A stretch of DNA of 18,037 nt, from contig JBNJGP010000039.1 of assembly GCA_051747805.1 (NCBI GenBank), positions 8,201 through 26,237 on the forward strand. Reading direction: 5' to 3'. Below are positions 1-8,193 of the stretch, one piece after another. Positions within the stretch are counted from its first letter, which is position 1; the number at the start of each line of letters is the position of its first letter. The notes under the pieces were generated by a model. The model was not told where the DNA came from, did no database searches, and saw nothing but the letters and a program-made list of their open reading frames with translations. This DNA is from Candidatus Muiribacteriota bacterium. GTDB taxonomy: Bacteria; Muiribacteriota; Muiribacteriia; Muiribacteriales; Muiribacteriaceae. Made by a program: the position numbers and the translations under genes.

Positions 1-45
1 CCAGAACCAGAACCTGACCCAGAACCAGAACCTGAACCAGAGCCA
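1..45 (+). repeat. Coding hexamer tandem repeat (CCAGAA-like) encoding a PE/PD linker
   Basis: CCAGAA CCAGAA CCTGAC CCAGAA CCAGAA CCTGAA CCAGAG CCA read directly; differences are mostly at third codon positions. Confidence 0.85.
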
Positions 46-336
46 CAACAACCAGCATATGATTATTCGGCTATGGATGTATATATTAGAAGAGCAAAAG
101 TTGATACCAATAATGTTGGTAGCGATCAGATAATTAACAGTCGTTCGGCTGAAGGGCAGACTGTACTCAAAAAAGCAAAGGAAAGAGAACATGAACTTTC
201 CACAATCGACAGGTTAATGTATAAACAGGCTCTTAAAGGCCAGGATGGTTTTTCATTTATGATTTTGAAACACAAAACAAATGAATATACTGTTTACTGG
301 TGGAATGTGCTGGATGATATTTCCGATATTTTTTAA
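1..336 (+). CDS. 5'-truncated hypothetical protein: Pro/Glu-rich linker followed by a ~90-aa C-terminal domain of unknown function
   Basis: Frame 1 is open from base 1 (PEPEPDPEPEPEPEPQQPAYDYSA) into the track ORF 73..336 and ends at TAA 334-336, followed by a terminator. The true start lies upstream of the window. Confidence 0.85.
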   Translation, partial: PEPEPDPEPEPEPEPQQPAYDYSAMDVYIRRAKVDTNNVGSDQIINSRSAEGQTVLKKAKEREHELSTIDRLMYKQALKGQDGFSFMILKHKTNEYTVYWWNVLDDISDIF

Positions 337-367
337 TTAAAAAAAGATAAAATATTTTTGTTAGCTT

Positions 368-400
368 AAAAGAGGGCGATATATTCGTCCTCTTTTTTTT
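368..400 (+). terminator. Rho-independent terminator, possibly bidirectional
   Basis: Stem AAAAGAGGGCGA (368-379), loop TATAT, TCGTCCTCTTTT (385-396, one G-U pair), U-tract to 400, about 30 nt after the stop at 336. Confidence 0.85.
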
Positions 401-491
401 AATTCTTTTTTAAAATTTTCCGATAATCAACGTGATACTTCAGATAAAGTTTTTAATTAATTAAAATGAAGTGCTATTTTGGAGGAATTTT

Positions 492-1244
492 ATGAAAAAC
501 AAAAAAATTTTATTATATATATTGATATCAATCTTTTTCTTTAATTATTATATTTTTGCAGAGGTATCTCTTCCCGGACCAACAGGTTTTTTAAACGTTC
601 CCTCACCTTATACAACACCATCTGGAACTTTTGAGGGTGGATTTCATTATCAATCCTATAATTACGGGGGTAGCTCCAGTTATGGTATTTCCAGTTTCAA
701 GGCAAATGTCGGGGTAACAAAGAATCTTGAAATTGGATTTGAAAAAACTATGGACAGTGGACGCCTTTTAAGTAATCTGGGAATGGTGGTTTCTGCAAAA
801 TCCGGCTGGAGTGTGAATGATGAAATTCACGTGGCTGGCGGAGTAATTGTTGACACAGGTTCTGGAAATTATTCTTCAATATACGGATTGTTTGGGGCTG
901 AAAATGCTTTTTTTGGAATGGGATTTAACTTTGGCGGTTCAAGCGGTCCAATTGGCGGTACAGCTAAAATGGGTGGGTATGATTTGCAGGAAAAGAGACC
1001 TGATAAAGTATTTTTTATTTCTGGAGCAAAATTTGAGTTTGGTGGTAATGGTGGATTAACTGTTGGATATAATGGGGATACTGTTACGTTAGGTTTTATA
1101 GCAGAACTTGACGATCAGGAGTTTAATTCAACTGTAGAGGTAGGCTGGCTTGTAGAGGGAGATTATAAAGATTATTATAAAAATCTTGTGAATTCAAATT
1201 ATGAAAGAAATCCAATGTTTTTTGGAATAAGCGGAAGATGGTAG
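492..1244 (+). CDS. Secreted, probable outer-membrane beta-barrel protein (YjbH-like N-terminus), 250 aa
   Basis: GGAGGA at 481-486 supports ATG 492 over the track GTG 471. Signal peptide MKNKKILL...YIFA; motif GPTGFLNVPSPYTTPSGT resembles the YjbH-type G-x-TG-LL-x-x-P-x-A start; Gly/aromatic alternating strands; C-terminal FFGISGRW fits a BAM beta-signal. Confidence 0.65.
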   Translation: MKNKKILLYILISIFFFNYYIFAEVSLPGPTGFLNVPSPYTTPSGTFEGGFHYQSYNYGGSSSYGISSFKANVGVTKNLEIGFEKTMDSGRLLSNLGMVVSAKSGWSVNDEIHVAGGVIVDTGSGNYSSIYGLFGAENAFFGMGFNFGGSSGPIGGTAKMGGYDLQEKRPDKVFFISGAKFEFGGNGGLTVGYNGDTVTLGFIAELDDQEFNSTVEVGWLVEGDYKDYYKNLVNSNYERNPMFFGISGRW

Positions 1245-1256
1245 CCTCAATTAGTA

Positions 1257-1886
1257 TTATTCATAATCATCATCATCATCTTCATAATCAGATAAGTCAA
1301 TATCGCTAATTTCCGCAAAGTTTTCCAGAAGTTCTTTATAGCTTTCGACCTGCTCCATAATATGTCTCTCTTCGGGAATTTCCTTCATGGTTTCATATGC
1401 CCTGTCAATATAATCTAAAGCTTTTGAGGACTGATTTCTTTCTTCGTGAATATCTCCCATAATAAAATAAACTTCAGAACGGGTTACAGGAGAAATGCTC
1501 TGATTTAAAAGATTCTCGGCATGAGAAATTGCTCTGTCATAATTGCCTTCAATAAAATGACGCCTTACCTGCTCAAGTCTCTGGGTTTCATAATAAAAAC
1601 GCTCTCCTGGAGTAATACTTGCCTGAACATATGCGTTTTGAACCTGAGTTTTTGCGGCATTTTCTTTATTTTGAAAGTACATTTCAACAGGATTGCCAAC
1701 GGACGGGTCAGATAAATATTCTTCTAGAGAAATATTTTCTTTTTCAGGTGATTCGGCTTTAATTTCAGATAAATATTTATCATCAACTTCACTGTATATA
1801 GCTTCTTCGATTGAAGGGGAGGAGTTATCGGTACAACCAGAAATAAAAAAAACTAAAATAAATAAATAAATAAATAATCTTGACAT
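1257..1886 (-). CDS. Lipoprotein with TPR-like repeats and an acidic C-terminal tail, 209 aa
   Basis: Hydrophobic leader ending in lipobox ISG|C; TPR-like helices (HFIEGNYDRAISHAENLL; SEVYFIMGDIHEERNQSSKALDYIDRAYE); GAGG a few nt upstream of the ATG on the minus strand; tail YEDDDDDYE. Confidence 0.8.
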   Translation of the reverse strand: MSRLFIYLFILVFFISGCTDNSSPSIEEAIYSEVDDKYLSEIKAESPEKENISLEEYLSDPSVGNPVEMYFQNKENAAKTQVQNAYVQASITPGERFYYETQRLEQVRRHFIEGNYDRAISHAENLLNQSISPVTRSEVYFIMGDIHEERNQSSKALDYIDRAYETMKEIPEERHIMEQVESYKELLENFAEISDIDLSDYEDDDDDYE

Positions 1887-1909
1887 AAAGCCTCATTTTA
1901 TACTAAAAT
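1880..1909 (+). promoter_or_regulatory. Sigma70-type promoter for tRNA-Leu
   Basis: Perfect -35 TTGACA at 1880-1885, 18-nt spacer, -10 TAAAAT at 1904-1909, 11 nt upstream of the tRNA 5' end; A-rich tract upstream could act as an UP element. Confidence 0.6.
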
Positions 1910-1920
1910 GTAAAAATCAT

Positions 1921-2008
<88 letters not shown>

Positions 2009-2019
2009 TTTTTTTTAAT

Positions 2020-2829
2020 TTAAAAGTCAGTTCTCAGCCCATCATTAAATTTAATATATAATTCAGCAAGTAAAATATAAAACATTGGCGCAGTAATTAA
2101 AAGACCAAGTCCAATTGGAATCATTGAAATTGCTGTAAGTATCATCATAAGAAGCACAGGTGGAATAATCTGGGCGATATTTTTAACAAGCAGACTTATG
2201 CTCTCTGATATTGATGAAATAACCCCTAAATTCTTGGCATAAATCCCCAAAAATGAAAAAGCCCCTATTGGGGAAATAATCAGCATGAAAATCAGGTTAA
2301 ATAAAAATAGAATTATTCCAATAAAAGGTCTTATAGCTTCCGGAGATAAAAATATTAATCCAACATTAATTCCGCCATAAATAAGTGCAACAATTCCACC
2401 AATTATTATTAAACCAAGAAAAGACAGAATATTCTGAAAAGAATCAAAAAAATCATTGAAATTTGATTTTTTATTTTTCAGACTTTTAACAATACATAAA
2501 TATGCAAAAGGAAAAATCATAAGAATAATAACAGCATACAATAGCTGTCCAAGAATTGGTATCACATTTAAAACCATTCCTAAAATAATAATACCAATCC
2601 AGATTCCTACGTTCTGAACAAAAACTTCCCAGCTCATTTTAATTAAGTCAATAGCCCCCATTCCTTTAATTGGCTCAAAAATATGAGTCTGATTGTTGGC
2701 TTCACCCTGAGAGACAGAGCCAGAGTTTTCTTCTTTTTGGTTATTTTTAGTTTCAGGGTTAGGTTCCCCGCATTCCGGGCAGAATTTTTCATCACCCGGC
2801 ATTAAACTGTTACATTTACTACAACGCAT
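2020..2829 (-). CDS. Zinc-ribbon-domain multi-pass membrane protein, 269 aa
   Basis: ATG at 2829 preceded by GGGGG (preferred to the track TTG 2841); N-terminal CSKC...FCPECG zinc ribbon, polar linker, then about 5-6 hydrophobic segments. Confidence 0.8.
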   Translation of the reverse strand: MRCSKCNSLMPGDEKFCPECGEPNPETKNNQKEENSGSVSQGEANNQTHIFEPIKGMGAIDLIKMSWEVFVQNVGIWIGIIILGMVLNVIPILGQLLYAVIILMIFPFAYLCIVKSLKNKKSNFNDFFDSFQNILSFLGLIIIGGIVALIYGGINVGLIFLSPEAIRPFIGIILFLFNLIFMLIISPIGAFSFLGIYAKNLGVISSISESISLLVKNIAQIIPPVLLMMILTAISMIPIGLGLLITAPMFYILLAELYIKFNDGLRTDF

Positions 2830-2909
2830 AGACGCCCCCAAAAATTATTATTAAAAACAATTTATTATAACATTCATATAGATTTTTAACAAGAATGAGA
2901 TAAATCTTC

Positions 2910-3036
2910 CACCAATTCTCAATTTAGCCGAAAATCCTTTAGTGGTCAGGCCTACACACTTTGCTTTTTCGCAAAGTGATGTCGGCGCTGACCCCATCAA
3001 ATCAAGGATTTTCTCTATTTTCATTGAGAATTGCTG
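2910..3036. mobile_element. 127-bp MITE-like non-autonomous element with 14-bp terminal inverted repeats and 9-bp target-site duplication
   Basis: Left end CACCAATTCTCAAT (2910-2923) vs reverse complement of right end CAGCAATTCTCAAT (3023-3036): 13/14 identical. Directly flanked by the exact direct repeat TAAATCTTC (2901-2909 and 3037-3045). Internal nested inverted repeats GAAAATCCTT/AAGGATTTTC, GGTCAG/CTGACC, CACTTTGC/GCAAAGTG. No transposase. Confidence 0.75.
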
Positions 3037-3090
3037 TAAATCTTCATTCAAAAACTGGAAAAACTCTATTAAATTTTATAAAATATTTAG

Positions 3091-5301
3091 ATGAGTTTTA
3101 AAAAGAACGCCCTTAAAATAATTATAATACTTTTTTTATCTTTCCTGCTTTTTGAAAGCTTTCTTTTTTTATTTGCAAAAATAGCCGGTGGAGAAAGACA
3201 AACAAATGAAGATATTTTAAAAGATAAAAAAAATATACTCACCATGGGGGACTCATTTGTATATGGAGTGCATCTTTCGCAAAATGAAACATTTCAGCAT
3301 TTTTTAGAAAAAAAACTTAAAAATCAGTTAAATGAAAATATACAGCTTGTTAATAAAGGAAAAGCCGGTTCAAATACCCGTTATATAAGAAAAAATATTG
3401 AAAAATATTTAAAACAGTATAATCCCAGTTTAGTGCTTATAAAATCTGGAACTAATAATTTTGCTAATTTAGATGGATTAGAATCCGAATCCTTTTATGA
3501 TAGAATAAAGTTGTTTTTTCTGAATTTAAGAACTGTTAGATTAATTAAAAATCTATTTTCTGATTCATTTTTTTCCTCACAAAAAAAAGAAAGCCCTGTT
3601 TTAGACTTTGACTATGATTTTATTTCAAAAAAAGATATAAGCGGAGTGCCAAATCCGGAAGAAATTTTAAAAAATTATAATTCAGCGGATAAAAAAACAG
3701 ACATAATTAATTTACGACATGAAAAATATATAATTAATGAAGAAATAAATAACTTATTGAATCAGTATAATTTTGTTCAGCTTGAAAATGAACTTCAGAA
3801 ACTGGATTTAAAAAAAGAGAACGAATTTTTATTATTATCGCTTGTGAAAACTCTTGTTTTCCGGGAAGAAGAAGCTCTTGAAATATTAAAGCAGTCTCCG
3901 GTTAAATCAAGCAAAGTCCATTTAATGAAAAATTTTATCAAGTTTAGAAAAGATTATGATTTTCATAAAAATTACAAAACAATTCTTGAGGATTTCCAGA
4001 ATCTTGAGAAACTGGATTTTTCTCTGATTTTGAGAACAGCCTATTTATGTCAATTTGCAAACGAAATAGAGAGAGCTGAAAAGTGGTTTAAACTTGGGAC
4101 GGAAATGTTTCCTGATAATGAATTTTCCTGGCTTTTTCTTGGGGTGTTTTATGATGATATAGGAAATATTGAACTTTCTCTTGAAGTTTTAAGTCAGGGG
4201 CGCAAAAAATTAGAAAGCCCGGGTTACTTAAACCTTGTTTTGATGGAGTTAAACGGTGTAAAAAACAACTATCAAAATGTAATAACTCATTATAAAAGGG
4301 CTAAGGAGTTTATGCCTGAAAACGGCGATGTCTGGCTTACCATGTATTATACTTTAAAAGAATTTTTTCCAGATAAAAAAGAAAAACCTTATTTAGATAA
4401 ATTATTTGAACAGGGTATTGGAAAAAATCAGTATTTATTTGATGAAAGAAAAAATTATTCTGATTCATATTTTAATCACGTTCTTTTTATTCTTCAGGAT
4501 TTAGAACTTCTTGATGAAAAAAAACTTTTTAATAGATATTTTAAAAAATTTTATCAGAAATTTGATGATTTAAAAAAAGGCGAACTTTTTCTGGCATTTG
4601 ATCATTATTTGCAAAATTTTAATATAGAAGAAAATTTTAAAGATGATTTATTATTTATAAATATTCCCGAAAACAGGGAAAAGTTAAAATATCTTATTAA
4701 TATAATTAAAACAAAGATGACTCAGTGGGAGCTTGATAGAGCTTTTAAGCTGACATACAAGTTAAAAAATCATTTAAGAAAGGAAGAAAAATATGCTGTA
4801 TATCCTCTTTTAACACAAATTTATTTTCTGGATTTCAACATAAAAGATGGTATAGATTACTTATTTGATTATTATAATGCGGTGGATAAAAGTAAACAGC
4901 AGAAAATAAAAGAAACCCTGAAGGCATACGCTGTATCTGTTCAAAGATATGATATATACAGCCAAATTACCGGAGTTGAGCTTGAAAGCCCCAAAAATTT
5001 CTATAGCAGGGTTATAGACTGGATTGAAAAAGATATTAAAGAAATTATTAAACTTTGTGAAAAACATAATACAGATGTTATTTTCATGAATTACTTTGAG
5101 AGAGAATTTCCATTTTTAAAAGAAGTAGCCTTGAAGGAAGGTGCTTTTTTTGTTGATATTTATACTATGTTTGAGTTATACTGTAATGAAAATAATGTTG
5201 ACCCGGAGATTTTTTTCCTTCCTGATAGGCATCTTAATGCCAGGGGGAATGAGCTTCTGGCTGACTTTTTATTCAAGACAGTTTCAGAAGAACTTGATTA
5301 A
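3091..5301 (+). CDS. Membrane-anchored SGNH/GDSL hydrolase-family protein with a large internal TPR-like region, 736 aa
   Basis: N-terminal TM helix; block I GDSF, block II NKGKAGSNT, block III KSGTNN, block V PDRHLNARGN at the C-terminus; TPR-like helices between (ERAEKWFKLGTEMFPDNEFSWLFLGVFY; HYKRAKEFMPENGDVW). Confidence 0.85.
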   Translation: MSFKKNALKIIIILFLSFLLFESFLFLFAKIAGGERQTNEDILKDKKNILTMGDSFVYGVHLSQNETFQHFLEKKLKNQLNENIQLVNKGKAGSNTRYIRKNIEKYLKQYNPSLVLIKSGTNNFANLDGLESESFYDRIKLFFLNLRTVRLIKNLFSDSFFSSQKKESPVLDFDYDFISKKDISGVPNPEEILKNYNSADKKTDIINLRHEKYIINEEINNLLNQYNFVQLENELQKLDLKKENEFLLLSLVKTLVFREEEALEILKQSPVKSSKVHLMKNFIKFRKDYDFHKNYKTILEDFQNLEKLDFSLILRTAYLCQFANEIERAEKWFKLGTEMFPDNEFSWLFLGVFYDDIGNIELSLEVLSQGRKKLESPGYLNLVLMELNGVKNNYQNVITHYKRAKEFMPENGDVWLTMYYTLKEFFPDKKEKPYLDKLFEQGIGKNQYLFDERKNYSDSYFNHVLFILQDLELLDEKKLFNRYFKKFYQKFDDLKKGELFLAFDHYLQNFNIEENFKDDLLFINIPENREKLKYLINIIKTKMTQWELDRAFKLTYKLKNHLRKEEKYAVYPLLTQIYFLDFNIKDGIDYLFDYYNAVDKSKQQKIKETLKAYAVSVQRYDIYSQITGVELESPKNFYSRVIDWIEKDIKEIIKLCEKHNTDVIFMNYFEREFPFLKEVALKEGAFFVDIYTMFELYCNENNVDPEIFFLPDRHLNARGNELLADFLFKTVSEELD

Positions 5302-5323
5302 TTAAAATTAAAAGGAGTATTAT

Positions 5324-6817
5324 ATGAAAAAACTGACATTTTTATTAGTTACTTTACTACTTATTGTAAATGTATATTCGTCCGAGTTTATCCGGATTTT
5401 ACACATTAATGACCTTCACGGACATTTACTTCAAAAGGCTGATTCTGAAGGACATCAAAGTGGTGGAATTTCTCCTATAGCTGCTAAAATGAACAATATA
5501 AAATCATTACATCCTGATACAATAATTCTTGATGCTGGTGATTTTATATCTGGATATTTATATGCCAATTTTGACAAGGGGCAGACTGTTTTAGATATAT
5601 ACAAACATGTTCCTTTTTCTGCATTAGTAGTTGGAAATCATGAGCTTGATTATGGGTTTAATTATATGTTAGATGTATTGGAACCTATATCAGATAAAAT
5701 GATAACTGCAAATGTTTATCAAAATGAAGAGCATTTTTATCAACCATATATAATCAGAGAATCTGGGGATTTAAGAGTTCTTATATTTGGAATAACAACA
5801 CCTGATATTGAAAGATACACACCTGGCCTTGAGGATATTGGAGTAAATGTTACCCAACCTGTTGAAGAGGCAAGAAGAGTTATCAGTCAAAATTCAGATA
5901 AAGCTGATATTTTTGTTATGTTATCTCATTGTGGTTTTGAAAACGACAAAGAGCTTGCCAGACAGCTTCCGGAACTTGATATTATAATTGGGGGGCATAC
6001 GCATACTCTGGTAAAAGTTCCGCCAGTTATTAACAATACAATAGTAACTCAGGCCGGTTCTTATGGCGAAAGACTAGGATATTTAAGAGCAGCCTATGAA
6101 AAAGATAGCGAGGAAAACTATAATCTGAAGTATTTTAGAAGCTCTATGATGGAACCTAAAGAAATATGGGGAAGTGTTGCAGAAATAGATAAAATAACAA
6201 CTGAGGCAAAGCAGAAAGTAATTGAAATGTCTGAAGATATTATAGGAGAGGCTGTAAGTGAATTTGGTGCTTCAAGAGGGCATGTTCGGGGAAATGAAAA
6301 TGCTTTAGGGAATTTAATTACAGATGCTTTAAAAGATGAACTGCAAACTGACATTGCAATTATGAATGCCGGCGGAATAAGAGCTTCTGTAAGTGCCGGA
6401 CCTATTTCATATGCAGATATTGAAAGTGTTTTACCATTCAGTAATGATTGCATAGCAATTAGAATTAAAGGTAATTATTTACAGCAGGTATTCGAAAATT
6501 CCATGCAAGCCTTACTTGATCCTGCACTTTCTGGTGGTTTTCTTCAGGTATCTGGCATAAAAGTAGAATATAATCTTGGGGCAGAAAAAGTGGATTTATA
6601 TGAAAGTTCGGGTGCTTTGATTTCGCCTGAAAAAGAATATACTCTTGCCTTAAATGATTATATACTTTATGGAGGCGATGGCTATGATTTTGGAGAATTT
6701 GAAATTATAGAACTCGACGGCCCGGTTGAGGAGTTAAAAGATGTTGTGGCACGATATATCAGCCAGAAAGTTAGAGTTGAACCTAAAACTTACGACAGAA
6801 TTATTATTAACGAGTGA
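5324..6817 (+). CDS. Secreted 5'-nucleotidase / UDP-sugar hydrolase family metallophosphoesterase (UshA/CpdB-like), 497 aa
   Basis: AAAGGAG RBS at 5311-5317; signal peptide; calcineurin-like motifs NDLHG, DAGD, GNHE, LSHCG, GGHTH; 5'-nucleotidase C-terminal domain (ENALGNLITDA...NAGGIRAS...PFSN...FLQVSG...GGDGY). Confidence 0.93.
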   Translation: MKKLTFLLVTLLLIVNVYSSEFIRILHINDLHGHLLQKADSEGHQSGGISPIAAKMNNIKSLHPDTIILDAGDFISGYLYANFDKGQTVLDIYKHVPFSALVVGNHELDYGFNYMLDVLEPISDKMITANVYQNEEHFYQPYIIRESGDLRVLIFGITTPDIERYTPGLEDIGVNVTQPVEEARRVISQNSDKADIFVMLSHCGFENDKELARQLPELDIIIGGHTHTLVKVPPVINNTIVTQAGSYGERLGYLRAAYEKDSEENYNLKYFRSSMMEPKEIWGSVAEIDKITTEAKQKVIEMSEDIIGEAVSEFGASRGHVRGNENALGNLITDALKDELQTDIAIMNAGGIRASVSAGPISYADIESVLPFSNDCIAIRIKGNYLQQVFENSMQALLDPALSGGFLQVSGIKVEYNLGAEKVDLYESSGALISPEKEYTLALNDYILYGGDGYDFGEFEIIELDGPVEELKDVVARYISQKVRVEPKTYDRIIINE

Positions 6818-7986
6818 AAAAAAATAAATTTTTTAAACTATTTTTTATATTAATAATAACTTTTGTTTTTTTTGAAATATTTCTTTTTACTTTTGCACGG
6901 TTTGCCGGCGGAGAACGTCAGAACAAAATTGAAATAAAAGAAGAAACAATAAATATTTTAACACTTGGTGATTCTTTTGTTTATGGAGTTGACCTCCCGA
7001 GGGAAGAAACTTTTCAGTTTTATCTTGAAAATAAACTTAATAATTTTTTTTCAAAAAAAGAGTTTCGTGTAATAAATAAAGGGGCGCCAGGTACTAACAC
7101 TCATCATATAATAAATAATCTGGAAAATAATCTAAAAAAATATTCACCGCATTTTGTTATAATAAAGGCTGGTATGAATAATTATAAAAATTTCACTGGT
7201 TTAAAGGGAGATAAAATAAAGGAAAAAATCTTTATTTTTCTTAACAATTTAAGAACTGTCAGGTTTTTAAAAAACATATTATCTAATGCTTCAGAAAAAG
7301 AAAATGAAGGCGAACAATTAAAAGTTGATTTTAAACTTATAGAAAAAAGCACTAAAGATAAGCTTAAAAAAGATATTACTCAGGTTGAAAATAAAATAAC
7401 AAACTGGCAACTTCAAGAGGCTCATCAAAAACTGTCAGAGCTTGAGAAGTCTCTGGGAAATAGTGGGAAATACGCTCTTTATCCCGTTAAAGCAAGAATT
7501 TGCTTTTTAAAACAGGAGTTAGAAAAAGGTGTAGATTATTTATATGAATATTATAAAAGGGCAGATAATAAGGGTAAAAACAGAGTTGAAAATATATTAA
7601 TTGACAATGCTGTTTCTGTACAAAAATTTGATATTTATGCTGAAATAACAGGTGATATAATTGATGATAAAAAAGAACTTGATAATAGAATAACAAAATG
7701 GCTTAAAAATGATATTGAAAAAATAATTCAAATAGTAAGACTGTATGGAGCCATTCCGGTAATAATGAACTATTTTGAATTAGAGCTTCCAGTTGTAAGG
7801 GAAGCAGCAAGGGATAAAAATGTAATTTTTATAGATAATTTTTTTCTCTTTAAATCACATTGTCGCCAAAATCGTCTAAAGCAGGATAATTTTTTTCTGC
7901 CGGACAGACATCTTAATACTGAGGGAAACAAACTACTTGCAGATTTTTTATACAAACCGATTAAAAGGGAATTTAAACAATATTGA
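6814..7986 (+). CDS. Membrane-anchored SGNH/GDSL hydrolase-family protein, short paralog of 3091..5301, 390 aa
   Basis: GTG start overlaps the upstream TGA (GTGA, translational coupling); N-terminal TM helix; GDSF, NKGAPGTNT, KAGMNN, PDRHLNTEGN; collinear similarity to both ends of 3091..5301. Confidence 0.85.
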   Translation: MKKNKFFKLFFILIITFVFFEIFLFTFARFAGGERQNKIEIKEETINILTLGDSFVYGVDLPREETFQFYLENKLNNFFSKKEFRVINKGAPGTNTHHIINNLENNLKKYSPHFVIIKAGMNNYKNFTGLKGDKIKEKIFIFLNNLRTVRFLKNILSNASEKENEGEQLKVDFKLIEKSTKDKLKKDITQVENKITNWQLQEAHQKLSELEKSLGNSGKYALYPVKARICFLKQELEKGVDYLYEYYKRADNKGKNRVENILIDNAVSVQKFDIYAEITGDIIDDKKELDNRITKWLKNDIEKIIQIVRLYGAIPVIMNYFELELPVVREAARDKNVIFIDNFFLFKSHCRQNRLKQDNFFLPDRHLNTEGNKLLADFLYKPIKREFKQY

Positions 7987-8067
7987 GAGCCGTGAGAGGT
8001 GAGACGATAGGAGCCGAGAAGAGCCGTGAGAGGTGAGAAGTGAGAAGTAAGAAGTAAAAAGCAATGA
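7986..8067 (+). repeat. Purine-rich intergenic tract: two exact 19-bp direct repeats running into degenerate tandem heptamers
   Basis: AGAGCCGTGAGAGGTGAGA at 7986-8004 and 8020-8038; heptamers GTGAGAG GTGAGAA GTGAGAA GTAAGAA GTAAAAA GCAATGA at 8026-8067. Confidence 0.85.
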
Positions 8068-8124
8068 GAGCAAAAAGGTGCAGATAAAAGCTGAAGATTA
8101 AAATTTATAAAGATTTTCTCTTTT

Positions 8125-8153
8125 TTTACAAAACAAATTTAATATTGTATAAT
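8125..8153 (+). promoter_or_regulatory. Sigma70-type promoter for the FecR-like gene (possibly also the giant pilin gene)
   Basis: TTTACA (8125-8130), 17-nt spacer, TATAAT (8148-8153), 40 nt upstream of ATG 8194. The AT-rich background lowers specificity. Confidence 0.55.
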
Positions 8154-8193
8154 AATATAACTTTAAATTGTGTTTTTAATACACGGAGGGACG

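Noticed and set aside
2851..3051. 66-aa minus-strand ORF
   Set aside because: It runs through the palindromic MITE-like element, starts at TTG with no RBS and has no recognisable domain; probably incidental.
2880..3056. 6S RNA, SRP RNA or integron attC interpretation of the long hairpin
   Set aside because: No SRP GGAA-tetraloop motif, no large central 6S-type bubble, no GTTRRRY box pairing with the TTTTAAC at 2884-2890, and it lies upstream of both neighbours. TIRs plus an exact 9-bp duplication fit a MITE better. An Rfam scan would be needed to exclude an ncRNA formally.
7986..8038. CRISPR array
   Set aside because: Only two 19-bp repeats with a 15-nt spacer that itself resembles the repeat; no cas genes in the window.
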